In this document: positions 50,583-62,221 of the stretch, piece after piece
Layout of the letters: every line of letters starts with the position of its first letter
How positions within the stretch are numbered: the first letter of the stretch is position 1
NCBI GenBank assembly: GCA_023920165.1
Contig: CP089277.1
Span: 3,906,001-3,970,000, forward strand
DNA: 64,000 nt
Origin: Curvularia clavata
Taxonomy: Eukaryota
Direction of reading: 5' to 3'
Program-made: the position numbers and the translations under genes
Notes under the pieces: generated by a model
Database searches by the model: none
The model's input: the letters and a program-made list of their open reading frames with translations, nothing else
What the model was told of the DNA's origin: nothing

Positions 50583-51818
50583 TCAACGCTTCCTCGCCTG
50601 CTTCTCTTCACACGCGACCGGCGCAGCATTGAACCCATACACATCGACATCGTGACAACTCGGCAACCGGCCACTCAAAGCAACCTCCCTCAGCAGACTG
50701 GGTCCCCGTCCAAGATCGACATCGCCGCCAAACACAACGCAGGCGGCTTCTTCTAGCTTCTTTGCGAGCAGCTGCCACGCGCGACCGTGGCCCGTTGCGC
50801 CGTCGCAGGCCTCGTGCATGGCGCAAGAGCGACAAGAATACGCTTTGAGAAAAGCGTGGCACATTTCGTGGATCATAGTGCCTAGGCGGTTGTGCAGGCG
50901 TAGGATGTCTGGGTGGTAACTGGGGGTGCCGCAGCCGCGGTAGAGGGTAGGGTGGATGAGGATCTGGGTGCCAATCAAGGGGTTAAAGAGGGATTTGCCA
51001 AAGCAGTCGCGCTGGTGCTCGGGTAGGAAAGAGAAGCCTGCAGTGAGAGTGGCGTTGTGTGGGGGCACGCAGCCGGAGAAGAAGACGCGGTTGAGGTGGT
51101 TGAAGAGGGTGGAGAGCTGGGCGACAGAGAGGGTGTGGCGCATGTCGAGGCCTGTGATTTGGGGGTGCCATGTCTTGAGGAGGCTGCGCAGGTGGTGGAC
51201 CGCTGGGGTAATGTGCGCTGAAGGGTGGAGGTAGGTCGCGTCTAGCCATGCCATGTGGTGTCGTACCAAGGCCATGGCTTCGTAGTCGCCTCGAAAGCGC
51301 AATCGTAGGTAGGATCCCGGACTCACATTTTTCGGCTGATTCTCATATGACAGTCCTTTGGAGCGCTGGTTGCGGCTTTGGGTGGTCAGTTGGTCTTTGA
51401 TAATCCCATGGGATTTGGTGGAGCTGATTTTGTAGAGCTTGGGCGCGCACTCGTCGCAGTCGCAGGGTACGTCTGCTTCTTGCACGTCTCTCCTCAGCTC
51501 ATCGAGGTTCCGTGGCGCGTCGGTAATGTCTGCTTCGGCTGGTGGCTGTGGAATGCGTCCGAGGATGCGGTCTTCGACGAAAGATAACTTCGGGTCCAGG
51601 GAAATGAGGGGCTCGAGAAAGGGAAGTAGATAGTGCCATTTGGAAGGGCCGTGGCATATCTCGCCTTGCTCGTGATCTCGTATCTGTTGTCTGGTGGTGG
51701 GTGTCTTTGGATGGCCGAGGATGAGCCTTGCAATTCGCCGAAGGGGATGAAGACGTCTCCTCCTCTTGACGGTGGGATTAATGGCCGAAGTATTGCCTGA
51801 AACGGGAGGGTTCCCCAT
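50583..51818 (-). CDS. SprT-like zinc metalloprotease domain protein
   Basis: 411-aa intronless ORF with 'LFNHLNRVFFSG', HExxH in 'TMIHEMCHAF', and third-ligand motif 'GHGRAW'. Confidence 0.75.
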   Translation of the reverse strand: MGNPPVSGNTSAINPTVKRRRRLHPLRRIARLILGHPKTPTTRQQIRDHEQGEICHGPSKWHYLLPFLEPLISLDPKLSFVEDRILGRIPQPPAEADITDAPRNLDELRRDVQEADVPCDCDECAPKLYKISSTKSHGIIKDQLTTQSRNQRSKGLSYENQPKNVSPGSYLRLRFRGDYEAMALVRHHMAWLDATYLHPSAHITPAVHHLRSLLKTWHPQITGLDMRHTLSVAQLSTLFNHLNRVFFSGCVPPHNATLTAGFSFLPEHQRDCFGKSLFNPLIGTQILIHPTLYRGCGTPSYHPDILRLHNRLGTMIHEMCHAFLKAYSCRSCAMHEACDGATGHGRAWQLLAKKLEEAACVVFGGDVDLGRGPSLLREVALSGRLPSCHDVDVYGFNAAPVACEEKQARKR

Positions 51819-52699
51819 GGGGTTGCTGTTTTATCAGAATCTGGCGTTTGAGACTTGACATGGAAGAGGAGAAAGAAGGAATAGGACAATATTTCTTTGC
51901 CGGGGGCATGGGCCCATGATGACCGTTGGGCAACCGCAATACGACCGGAACCGTGAGGCGGTCAAGCGATAAGATTGATGCATCCCGGTCACCATGTACC
52001 TTGTGGTGTGTACAATGTCCAGCTATGCAAGCCATGCAGAGCGCACAGACGGTTAGCGGTCAAGGGTTGGCAGGTCTTGCGGTACGATACAACCGGCTCC
52101 GAAGGGATGGTTAGGTCCCAGGCCGGGGCATCATGGTGACTACTATGAGTGGTTTACTCTGATACGAATCGCATGCTTGCCACTTTTTTTTTCTCCTTAA
52201 TTCGGCGAATTTCGCCATAATACACACGTCGCGTGTAGATAGGAGTATGTGTGCACAAGACCGACTCGGAACTCCTGCCCCTGGCTTTTGGACGCCGGTG
52301 CCGAATTGAGCCCGCCGCAAAAGGCTAGCGCAAAGAAGAGATGATTTCAGCAGCGTCGCGCCACGTGGCTCTGTGCTCAACGTCCTTCAGGGTCTCAACG
52401 TCGCGCACGTGCACCCGGAGCCGTGCCATGTTTTCCGCTTCAATGAGAGCAAGGCGGAACACAGGCTTGGGATCCGTCATGTTGCAGCAACCAGGTGTGC
52501 GCTGTCATGAACCCTTGTAGCCTTGTTGGCACTGGGCGTCGAATGCGACGGGAGGGACGGGAAGGACCAGGAAGCTCCCATCAGCCGTGGGGCTTCTTTG
52601 TCGGCAATACTCAGCTCTCGCCAATAAAGCAGTGGATGGAGTTGGTTGGCGCAAAAAGGGATACAACGGGGCCAATAAGCTGAGCCTTGATGCAAGTGG

Positions 52700-53110
52700 T
52701 CACAAAAAGTCAGAGCGAGCGACATGCAACCACGGTGCCAACAAGGTCCATGGCGCGTGAATTAATACTTGGATGCGTTTCTCGTCTACGGGGATCCGGT
52801 GAACTGGGCCACGCTTAGCTGAAAGCAAAAGCTGGGCGATGTCCCGAAAAGAAAAAGAGGAAAGTTGTTCTGGGGAGATCTGCTTCACCAGGGCTGTGGT
52901 GCTGAAGGAGACGCGAAAATCTCCTTGCAGATCTTCCGTGTCCGGGTATGCAGCCCAGACATTGGCAGCCTGAGAGAGAACATGGCTGGCGAGTTCACTT
53001 TGAGACAATTTCGCTTGGGTTAGTAGTGTATTGGCGTTTGGCAGGCGATGCTCTGCTAGTGTGTTGGGGTCACAGGCAACATGAATAGTGAGTGGAGTCG
53101 AGGGAGTCAT
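52700..53110 (-). CDS. hypothetical protein (about 136 aa)
   Basis: ATG at 53110 with a pyrimidine-rich leader and protein-like composition. No motif recognised; may be non-coding. Confidence 0.3.
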   Translation of the reverse strand: MTPSTPLTIHVACDPNTLAEHRLPNANTLLTQAKLSQSELASHVLSQAANVWAAYPDTEDLQGDFRVSFSTTALVKQISPEQLSSFSFRDIAQLLLSAKRGPVHRIPVDEKRIQVLIHAPWTLLAPWLHVARSDFL

Positions 53111-53586
53111 GGACAAAGAGCGATGGCAGGATTCGGGGAAAGGGAGCAGGAGAGAAAAGGCATCTCGAGGCTTTGGGGGGGGGGATTAATGAAGCGAGCT
53201 GCAACAGGTCGCCAATAGAGCCGGGCGTGGGAGCGCTGACTTGGGTACAAAGCCGTGGGTGGGCGACGGGGAGGCGGCTGAAGGGTTCAGGAGACGGGAG
53301 GGAATAAATTGGAGTGGTTTGGGTGAAGCAGGAACAGCGGATTCCGGTGGCGATTCAGTCAAGCGAGGACGGCAGGTGGCGTAGACCAGGCTTCTGGGAC
53401 GGCTTCTGGAGGGCAGACAGCCACGTCGCAGGCCGATCGCCAGTAGGATGCTAGCAGGGAGGCCAGGGCAATATCTGGGGGCGGGCCTGGTGGCGACGGG
53501 CAGTGTTGCCAGAAGGGTGGGAGAGTGGGAACCGCGGGCTGTTCGCATGTAACGTTGAGAGCGATGTTACCCCAAGCCCTGTTAGC

Positions 53587-53612
53587 GTCGAGTCGAGTCG
53601 AGACGAGTCGAG
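53587..53612. repeat. short (GTCGA)n tandem repeat
   Basis: GTCGAGTCGAGTCGAGACGAGTCGAG. Confidence 0.6.
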
Positions 53613-54180
53613 AGCGAGGCAGCGCGGCCGTGGCATCGGATATTGGACATGGGAAAGTGAAAGGGGCAGCCGGGAGCTGGTCAGCGCCACGGACTGTCCA
53701 AACGTGTGGGTGGTGGTGATTCAGCTGCGAAGACATGGATTGCAGGCTTGCAGCGGCGGCAGAAGCCGTGTGTGCCTAAGAGTGCCGATCGGCTTGGAAG
53801 GTTGCGCCATGCAGCAGCAGGGTCGGGGAATAACGAGGGACGACTGGCCAGAGGTTGAGGGCGTTGGGTACGGCCAGAGACGGCCCCTTTGCTGAGAGGA
53901 GAGGCAGACGGGCGCCTTTGCCTCTATCAGCTCTCTGCCGCGCTGTCGGGCCAGTGACGGGCGTGTGGGAAAGCCAGCAAACAGGGAGTGGATCGAGGAT
54001 GCATGCTTCCTGTGCGCTATTCCCGCGCCCCCGGCGTGCCGCCAAGCCCCGGCCCATCGCCGCCATGCACACAGACACACACACTCGAGCTCGTCTTATA
54101 GCATCCTGCGCCGCCGCCCTCGCCCTCGGCCTCGACATGCCAGCACCACCTCAACCACCGCCCGACCCATCGCCACCATC

Positions 54181-54860
54181 ATGTTCCGCGACTTCTCCTT
54201 CGATCCCGTCCCGCCGCCCGCCTTTGCTGTCTACGAGGCCGAGCGCGCCGCCATGAACGTGTCGCCCACATCGACGTCGTCATCGCCACCCGCCCTCTCG
54301 CACCAGGCGCCTCGCCCGCCCACGCCGCCATGTACAATCAGAGACCTCGCACTTCAGCTCGATCACCACTCACTGCGCATCGACTCGGCCCTTGGCTGCG
54401 GCCCGGCTCGTCCGCCTACGCCTGGCAGCGACAGCGAAGAGGGCGCGCCGTCTGCCCACTGTCGCTCGCAACAGGACCGCCCCACCTACTCGCGCATCGC
54501 CGCCTCGGTCCTGCGAATGCAGCGACAACAAAACTCGCGCCTGCAGTGCTCCTCATCACATGCCCGCGACATCTCCCGCCTTGTCAAGATGATTGAGCAC
54601 GAGAAGCAGTGCACAGTCAGCGCCCCATCAGCCCCGCCTGCTCCCTCTAGCCCATCTGCTCCGCTCGCCCTATCCGTCGACGACGAGGCCCTCGACATGG
54701 ACTACGACCTCCCCGCCAAGCGCATCGAGGCCGTCATCGCCACCCCAGTCTGGAGAGCAAGCGATCGCCGTGAGAGCTGCGTCCGCGTCACCAAGCCGGT
54801 GCGCATGCGGAAGCGCTCCAAAGAGCACGGCGTGAGCAAGCGGCCGTCATCATCACAATT

Positions 54861-54898
<38 letters not shown>

Positions 54899-54909
54899 CG
54901 TCGTCATAG
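54181..54909 (+). CDS. hypothetical low-complexity Pro/Ser-rich protein
   Basis: ATG in good context (ACCATCATG) starting MFRDFSFDPVPPPAF, C-ending codon bias, basic C-terminal stretch and poly-Ser tail. Confidence 0.7.
54861..54896 (+). repeat. (ATC)12 microsatellite encoding C-terminal poly-Ser
   Basis: Perfect ATC run 54861-54896 just before stop TAG 54907-54909. Confidence 0.95.
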
Positions 54910-55472
54910 CTGCAGTCGACACCACCATTCTACATTTACCTATATGCATAGCCGCGGCGTTTCTGGACATGTCTGTTTTTGTTTTCATCGCAATATACCA
55001 CTTGATCTTTGTTGGGATACTATGGGCAGCAACCAACTGGGCCTGGTTGCAAGGCACGTCTTGGGTTATGTGTCCATCTCACTGCATAGTACATACTACA
55101 TCATGTACACTGGTTGTTTTTGGGAACTGCTCCCTGCGGGTTGAGCCAGGCGTTGTTGTTGGGCGGATGCCACGTGCTTAGCACCGTCGCTGTATCCGCC
55201 TTCTGTATCAATCTAATATCACTTTACATTAACCACGTATCCTTTGTCTTTGCTCTCTTGTCATGTGAAAATGCTGCCCAGTCCAGCCCTACGTTACCCG
55301 CATCATGTGCGTCTTGCGAACCTGCAGGCTGGTAAATTTGGGACCCACCCGGAACCGCCTGTAAATCCTGCCAATCCCGAACCGCCTGCGGACAACGGCC
55401 TTGCATCTCGAAACCTCAACACGACCGTCGCCTACAACCGCCATTACAGTTCCCGCCACCGCTGCCGCTGCC

Positions 55473-56327
55473 ATGTCGTTCCGGCAGGCACTGGCCCCGC
55501 GCTCAATCCACGTACGCATTGTGCCGCGCCCCGCCAATCTTTCAGAGAGTCGCGAGATCTATCGTGTGCTGCAAAAGTTTGGAGAAATCAATACCTTCAA
55601 GTCACTGCGGGTGCGTACTCTTCTCCTCTCAACTTGCTTTGCCAAGGAAATCCATCTGACCGTCTTCCAGTACGAATACCAAAACCCAGCAGAAAACTCT
55701 GCATTTGCCATCTACCGCGACGAAAGATCCGCCCAACGCGCTCTCGATGCTTCACCCCTTCGCTTCTCCTTGGAAAAAGTTGGCCCCTCCACCACCAATC
55801 CAAACCAGTTCCACTCTGCCGAAGAGGAAGAAGGAGGGGCAGAGGGCCATGACCAACTCGGCGCCGTCACCGAACAAACCTCCCCCGACCAAGGCATGGA
55901 CATGATGCTTCGGCCCTCACAACTTGCGAACCCCTCCTTGCGACCTGCATCCACGACCAAGCCAACACCTCAGCCAACACCTATGCCCTTCGAATCATCT
56001 CCCGCATCGCCGAAACAAACCACGCAGACCAAATGGTTCCAAGTCACACTTGACCGCTCACGGGTGGTACATCAAGACTATATCGAGCGCCAACCATTCT
56101 GGAAGCAGTTCAGCCCTATGAGGAGCATGGCCCAAGAGGATCTGGCCAAGACAGTTCCCCATCCCGGACTCAGCGATATCAGCAAACGGCCACCCAATGC
56201 CCATCGTACTCCCGCTCGTGTGCTCAGAATCATGAATGATTACGTCGAAAACATAATGCCCACACCTCGGGGAATTGCCGATGGCGACCATGATGATCAC
56301 ACATTTGAGCGAACACGAGAGCGTTGA
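55473..56327 (+). CDS. hypothetical protein with an RRM-like N-terminal segment
   Basis: MSFRQALAPRSIHVRIVPRPANLSESREIYRVLQKFGEINTFKSLR|YEYQNPAENSAFAIY, with intron 55611-55670 (GTGCGT..CTGAC..CAG). RRM-like call is by impression. Confidence 0.75.
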   Translation: MSFRQALAPRSIHVRIVPRPANLSESREIYRVLQKFGEINTFKSLRVRTLLLSTCFAKEIHLTVFQYEYQNPAENSAFAIYRDERSAQRALDASPLRFSLEKVGPSTTNPNQFHSAEEEEGGAEGHDQLGAVTEQTSPDQGMDMMLRPSQLANPSLRPASTTKPTPQPTPMPFESSPASPKQTTQTKWFQVTLDRSRVVHQDYIERQPFWKQFSPMRSMAQEDLAKTVPHPGLSDISKRPPNAHRTPARVLRIMNDYVENIMPTPRGIADGDHDDHTFERTRER

Positions 56328-57981
56328 AAACAGACATTCATGTTGAAGACTCAGTGCTCTACAGTGCACAGATATACCGCCGATTTGCGCTTCTCGCCTG
56401 ATTGGCCCTCGATGTCAGTCAAACTGCAACGTTTCAGGACAATGACAGACTCGGCAAAGTACACCACTACATGTTAAGCGATCACCCCTTGATCATCTTT
56501 CTGTATACTCCAGAATGGCCACCAAGACTGCTCAACTGCCATGGTTGCACAGCACGATGCTTCAAATGGAGTACATAGAAGTCGGGCTGAGCGTAGTATT
56601 CGGACCTGTGGCTACTGATACAGCAATAACTGCTTAATGACTACACAACCCAGTGCAGTCAACCCGCTGACGCAGCCACAATGTCTTTATGGCTAATGCG
56701 CTAATCCATATGGGCATTTTTGAATCCTCGGTGTTTCTCGCATTAACCCCTCCACCTTACGGGCATGAGTGAACTACACACGTATATACAACGATGCCTA
56801 AAGTAAACGCCTAGCCTATGCAAGTTTCACCACTCGTTCTGCAAGAGTCGTTCACATAGCAAAGGCTTTCGATTGCATACTGCGTCTGCAAACTAGTCAT
56901 CGATATGAGGTCTTAGCTGTCACACAATATTTTTCCATCTCTGGCTACCCTATCATGCCATGCAAACACATCATCATAGGGGGCATACACGCCAGTTACG
57001 TCATTCCTCGTTGGAAGCAATCTGCCATAGGTAGCCCCGCGCTCGTATACAGATTTTTTATATCACATTAGAGAATATCCACCGACCGAGACCCGCAGTT
57101 GCTGAACGGATGTGGTGGTGCTGCTAAAGGGAAAAAAAAGCCTTGTAGTTCCCGGTAATAACCATCAAATCTGCCGCGCCCGAATGATCAAATGATCCGG
57201 TCCGGTGCAAAGGCAAATAAATGAGCTTCTCTTTTTGGGGTGATCAAACCGCCTCGTCGCTTGTCCCCCCAGGATATCACACGGCAATCTCGGCTCTTAG
57301 ATAGTGGCGCCCGTCTCTTATTAGTGGATCCAAGACTGCCCTCACTCTCATATCGCTATCCTAACGACGCTACTCGACGCTTGGAGCAAGGGTCAGCTAG
57401 TGCAGAATACCTGCTGTTTCATGGCCGCTTGGCTCCCGGCCTGGCGCGAAGCCTTCCGCGCTGACTGCAGATGAGACACAGTCCCTGAAAAGAGGGTAGA
57501 GACAGTCGAGCGTCTTGTCTGCGATACCTTTTGCAACGCCATATGTCTGCTCTCTCGTTATAGGCCATGTCCAACGCAACGACTTATGCTCAACATAAAA
57601 AACCCAGCATAGCAATGCCTGGCAAACGCTCAGGAGAGCGGGCCTATGCTGTGCGATCGGCGGGTACTGTTTGTGGTTGCAGGCCCGTTGGACCAATAGC
57701 GACGCGCAGGGAGCATTCCCGCACCAGACGACTCCTTAAATCTTGTCAGGCTGTGCACCCCAAATGGCCTCCGCCTTCCGAATCTCAAAACGCCCTTCTG
57801 ACGCTCCCTTGACCAAAGACCATTCCCCCTCGTTTTCCTTTTCTCCTCGTGAGAGTCCACTCATTCAGCGTCCCAAGCGCATCCACTCATTCCTTGATCC
57901 AAACACCAACCTCTGCGCGTCTGGCTTACGCGCGATACCACACTCCTTCGGTATACATTCGCGCATACGATAATCGCAAAC

Positions 57982-59197
57982 ATGAAATCATTTGCTGTTT
58001 CTGCGGCTGCGCTCATCGCTGGCTTTGCCTCCTTGACGGCCGCCCAGACGCACACGGATTGTACGCTCCATCCGCGCAATTACCACGTGGTATAGGTACT
58101 AACGCCGGTCAAAGGTAACCCGCTCAACAGGACAGGATGTCCCGACATGGAGGCCCTCGGCGGAAACGTCACCTTCAACTGGAACAAGACGGGCATCCCC
58201 AACGACGACAAGATCTGGAAGATGCCCAACCAGGGCAAGATCGACTGGGTCGAGAAGGGTGCGACCTTCACCATTGAACGATCCGGCGACTCTCCCACTG
58301 CAAACTCGGTCTTCTACATGCTTTTCGGACGCCTCGAGATTGTCATGAAGGTCGCCACCGGCACCGGAATCATTTCCAGCGCCATCCTCCAGTCTGAGGC
58401 GCTTGATGAGATCGACTGGGAGTTCATCGGCGACAAGAAGAAGATTCTTACCAACTATTTCGGAAAGGGTGATACTTCGACCTACGACCGTGGCCAAGAC
58501 TTTGAGCTCGACTTTGCGCCACAAGAAGATTTCCACAACTACACCATTGACTGGACCAAGGACCGCATTGAGTGGTGGGTCGACAACAAGAAGATCAGGA
58601 CTCTCACACCCGATGAGGCCAAGGGTGGAACACGCTACCCCCAGACGCCCATGAACATCCGCCTTGGTGCGTGGGCTGCAGGTGACCCAAGCAAGAACGA
58701 CCCTGGTGTCGTTGAGTGGGCTGGGGGTGTAACCAACTTTGACAAGGGCCCGTACACCATGACGATCCAGTCCGTATATGCACAAGACTATACGAGCGCC
58801 GCCAAGTACTCGTGGGAGAACATGGACTCAACTGGTGACTGGCAAAAGGTCAAGGTCATTGCGTGTGTTCTGCCCCTCATTTTTGCGACATGGCTCGAAG
58901 CTAACATTTCACAGGGGAAAGTCTGAGGTGCTTGAAGAAATCCAGTCTCCTCACGGAGTCAGGAACCGTTACCACGCTTTGTCTGCAGGTGCCAAGGCAG
59001 GCATTGCCATTGGTGCCGTTTCGGCCTTTGCTATCGGCGCACTTGTCATGCTCTTCTGCTGCATCAAGCAGCGTCGCGCCGGTAGGAAAGAACACGAGGC
59101 CCTTCTGGCTGCCGAGGCGAAGGAGGCGGCTGAGTTGAACGCGTACAAGTCGCAGATGCAGTCTGGCAAATTCGCCGTCTCCAGCAACCATGTCTAA
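57982..59197 (+). CDS. GH16 Crh-family chitin-glucan transglycosylase with C-terminal transmembrane helix
   Basis: Signal peptide and QTHTDCNPL after intron 1, catalytic DEIDWE, 'FHNYTIDWT', 'PQTPM..GAWAAG..EWAGG'. The last exon encodes AGIAIGAVSAFAIGALVMLFCCIKQRR. Confidence 0.93.
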
Positions 59198-59637
59198 AGG
59201 CCCTCCAAAGGCACCAGCACGTTGCCATTGTACAGTCTTCAGTTCTTAGCGATTCTCTTTGCCACCGATGGTTTGCAGCTTCTTGAACAGTAGTTGTCCT
59301 TGTTTCGTAATGTCATTGTCACGATTTGTTGATTGCCGCGTACACTTAGACCCTCCACGTGCGCACATCCCTATACCCCTTGCTGCGATCCTGCCAACGA
59401 GGGCTTTTTAGCTTTACATTTATTGTCTCCATTTCATACTATAATGCAGTACCACTCGACGTTGTTTTCAGCCCTAATGCGGCTCTGGCATAATCCCAGC
59501 TGTGATGCATATGCTAGTCGATGACGTCGATAGTGAGATCCTGGCATGCATGTGACAAAAGACGAGATCTTCTCCGCAAACCCCGGACACACGGAGGGAC
59601 GGCGCGCGGCCTGCGCCGGCTAACTCTATGCTGGCTG

Positions 59638-59643
59638 CCTCGG
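59638..59643 (+). promoter_or_regulatory. putative FarA/FarB site (CCTCGG)
   Basis: CCTCGG about 83 nt upstream of the acyl-CoA dehydrogenase ATG. It is the known core for Aspergillus FarA/FarB fatty-acid regulators, but a single hexamer is weak evidence. Confidence 0.4.
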
Positions 59644-59725
59644 CATGTGCGCAGTGGGCCACGACCTGTCCTGAAGAGAATCGCACACTGTGATTTCTAT
59701 TCTTTTTCACCCCCATCTCACAGCC

Positions 59726-61191
59726 ATGGCTTCATTCTCACGATCCCTACGGCCGCTTACCCGCGTTGCTACTGCCTCGTCTCGTTCGCTTCGGCCAGCA
59801 GCTCGCCCCGCCCCGCAGTATGTCCCCAGACCAAAAACAACAACGGATGAGCATGAGGAGAGGAGGAAGAAAAAAAAAGAAGAGAAAAAGAAAAAGGCTG
59901 ACATGATGGCTGTTTAGAATACGATGCCTCTCCATGACCCCGTCCCGACGAGAAGCCGTCGATATTTCGGACGTGCCGCCGACGCCCATCACCCATCTTT
60001 CAGAGACTGAGATGCTCATGGGCGATTCCGTGTCCAAGTTTGCCAACGATGTTGTCCTGCCCAAGGCGCGAGAAATGGATGAGGCCGAGTCAATGGACCC
60101 TGCCGTTGTAGAGCAGCTGTTCGAGCAGGGACTCATGGGTATTGAGATCCCTGAAGAATACGGTGGCTCGGGCATGAACTTCACGTCAGCCATTATTGCC
60201 ATTGAGGAGTTGGCGCGCGTTGATCCCAGTGTAAGCGTCCTGTGCGACGTGCACAACACGCTGGTCAACACCGCCATCATCAAATGGGGCTCGGAGAAGC
60301 TCAAGAAGGAGTGGCTCCCCAAGCTGGCCACCAACACAGTCGGCTCTTTTTGCTTGTCTGAGCCCGTGTCCGGATCGGACGCTTTTGCGCTGGCCACCAA
60401 GGCCACGCGGACAGACAATGGCTACAAGATCAACGGCAGCAAGATGTGGATCACCAACAGCGTTGAAGCCAACTTCTTCATTGTCTTTGCCAACCTGGAC
60501 CCCAGCAAGAAGTACAAGGGCATCACTGCCTTTATTGTTGAAAAGGGAACGCCCGGCTTCTCTATTGCCAAGAAGGAGAAGAAGCTCGGCATCAAGGCCA
60601 GCAGCACCTGCGTCCTCAACTTTGACGATGTCGAGATCCCAAAGGAAAATCTGCTGGGCAACGAGTTCGAGGGCTACAAGTACGCCATTGGGCTTCTCAA
60701 CGAGGGCCGCATTGGTATCGCCGCACAGATGACTGGTTTGGCGCTTGGTGCGTGGGAGAACGCTGCAGGGTAAGCCCTTCCGTGACTATCTAGGCTGTGA
60801 ATGGCCAGACGCTAACAGGTGCAGCTACGTATGGAATGACCGCAAGCAGTTCGGCCAGCTTGTTGGCGAGTTCCAGTCAATGCAGCATCAGCTCGCCCAA
60901 GCCTGGACTGATATCCAGGCTGCTCGCGCCCTTGTCTTCAACGCTGCGCGCAAGAAGGAAGCCGGCGAGGACTTTGTCATGGACGCGGCCATGGCTAAGC
61001 TCATGGCATCACAAGTGGCTGGACGCGTGTCAGGACAAGCCGTCGAGTGGATGGGTGGCATGGGCTTTGTAAGGGAGGGTCTCGCTGAAAAGTACTTTAG
61101 GGACAGCAAGATTGGCGCCATCTATGAGGGAACAAGCAACATCCAGCTGACGACCATTGCAAAGCATTTGCAGAAGAAGTACACCAAATAG
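59726..61191 (+). CDS. mitochondrial short/branched-chain acyl-CoA dehydrogenase (ACADSB-like)
   Basis: Arg/Ser-rich presequence, 'FCLSEPVSGSDAFAL', 'INGSKMWITN', 'KLGIKASST', 'LNEGRIGIAAQ', 'RKQFG', 'RDSKIGAIYEGTSNIQ'. Two introns. Confidence 0.96.
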
Positions 61192-62221
61192 CTGATCCGG
61201 ATGAGGTAATCTACCAATAAATAAACAAAAGATCCCCCGCATGACTTGAGGGCCATGGCGTGTCCTGCCACTTGTTCACTGTTTTCCTTTCTTCTGTGTT
61301 TTGTTTTTCTTTTTTGCCTGGACAGTGGACGCTGCTGTGCCAATGCGGAATGGCGTGGGTGTATGTACTCCAGTAGATCGCGGGCTCGCTTCAAGCATCC
61401 TGGGGATCACGGGCGATATCACATCATGGCCACGGCTTAGTGCCAACACCGCAACACGACAAGGAAGACCAGGTTCCGTAGTGCCGCCGCCGATGAGATT
61501 GCATGCTGCAGACCGAGAGCAGCCGCAGCACCGTGGCTTTTGCATGCCGATACGAGTCACCGTATCTGTGCCAGTCGTAGGAGCGAAGAGAGACAGCCGA
61601 GCAATAACAGATTCGCAAACCATGGTCACTGCGCACATGTGCGGCTGTTGAGGGGCATGCGACTGCGATCGTGTCTCCCCACTGTCGACCCACCAAGACG
61701 CCAGAGATTTGTAGCGGGCAGCCCGGCACCGCAGCAATCAGCCCAGCCAGGTCTACCCATGCGCCTTGAATCGCGCCAACGCCTGCGCCCGGAAAATATC
61801 GCGAAGAACCATGGTCGACGCTTTGGAACCGCCCGGATCTCCCTATATCGTCATACCTGCGCCGGGTGTGAAACGCTGTTGCACATCTCTTCTGGCCATC
61901 TCATTCTGCTGTCTGTCACCTTTTTTTTTCCCATGGGCTTTAATTGAAGTTACTCACATAATCCCACCCTCTCCTCCTTCTGCTCCCGTTTCCCTATCAC
62001 ACCCCTGCTCTCCTTCTTTCACAGTCCCGCTTTCTCGCGTGACGGTGGCCCACAACGCACCACTTCCTTAACCCCATCTGTTACAGTGCCTCAACGCCAT
62101 CGCTTCCGGGCTGTCGGAGTAGTTCCTTCCCTCCAAAGCCACATTGAATGAAGAGTTTTGACCATCCTCCGGCATAAGTCGCGGTTGGGTCACCTCATGG
62201 TCGCCTAACCCGTCGCCCAAC

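Noticed and set aside
7000..55670. Five stop-free introns with lengths divisible by 3 (7000-7056, 14752-14805, 25674-25721, 36562-36621, 55611-55670)
   Set aside because: With short introns and roughly 30 in the window, a handful is about what chance gives. No evidence for functional retention.
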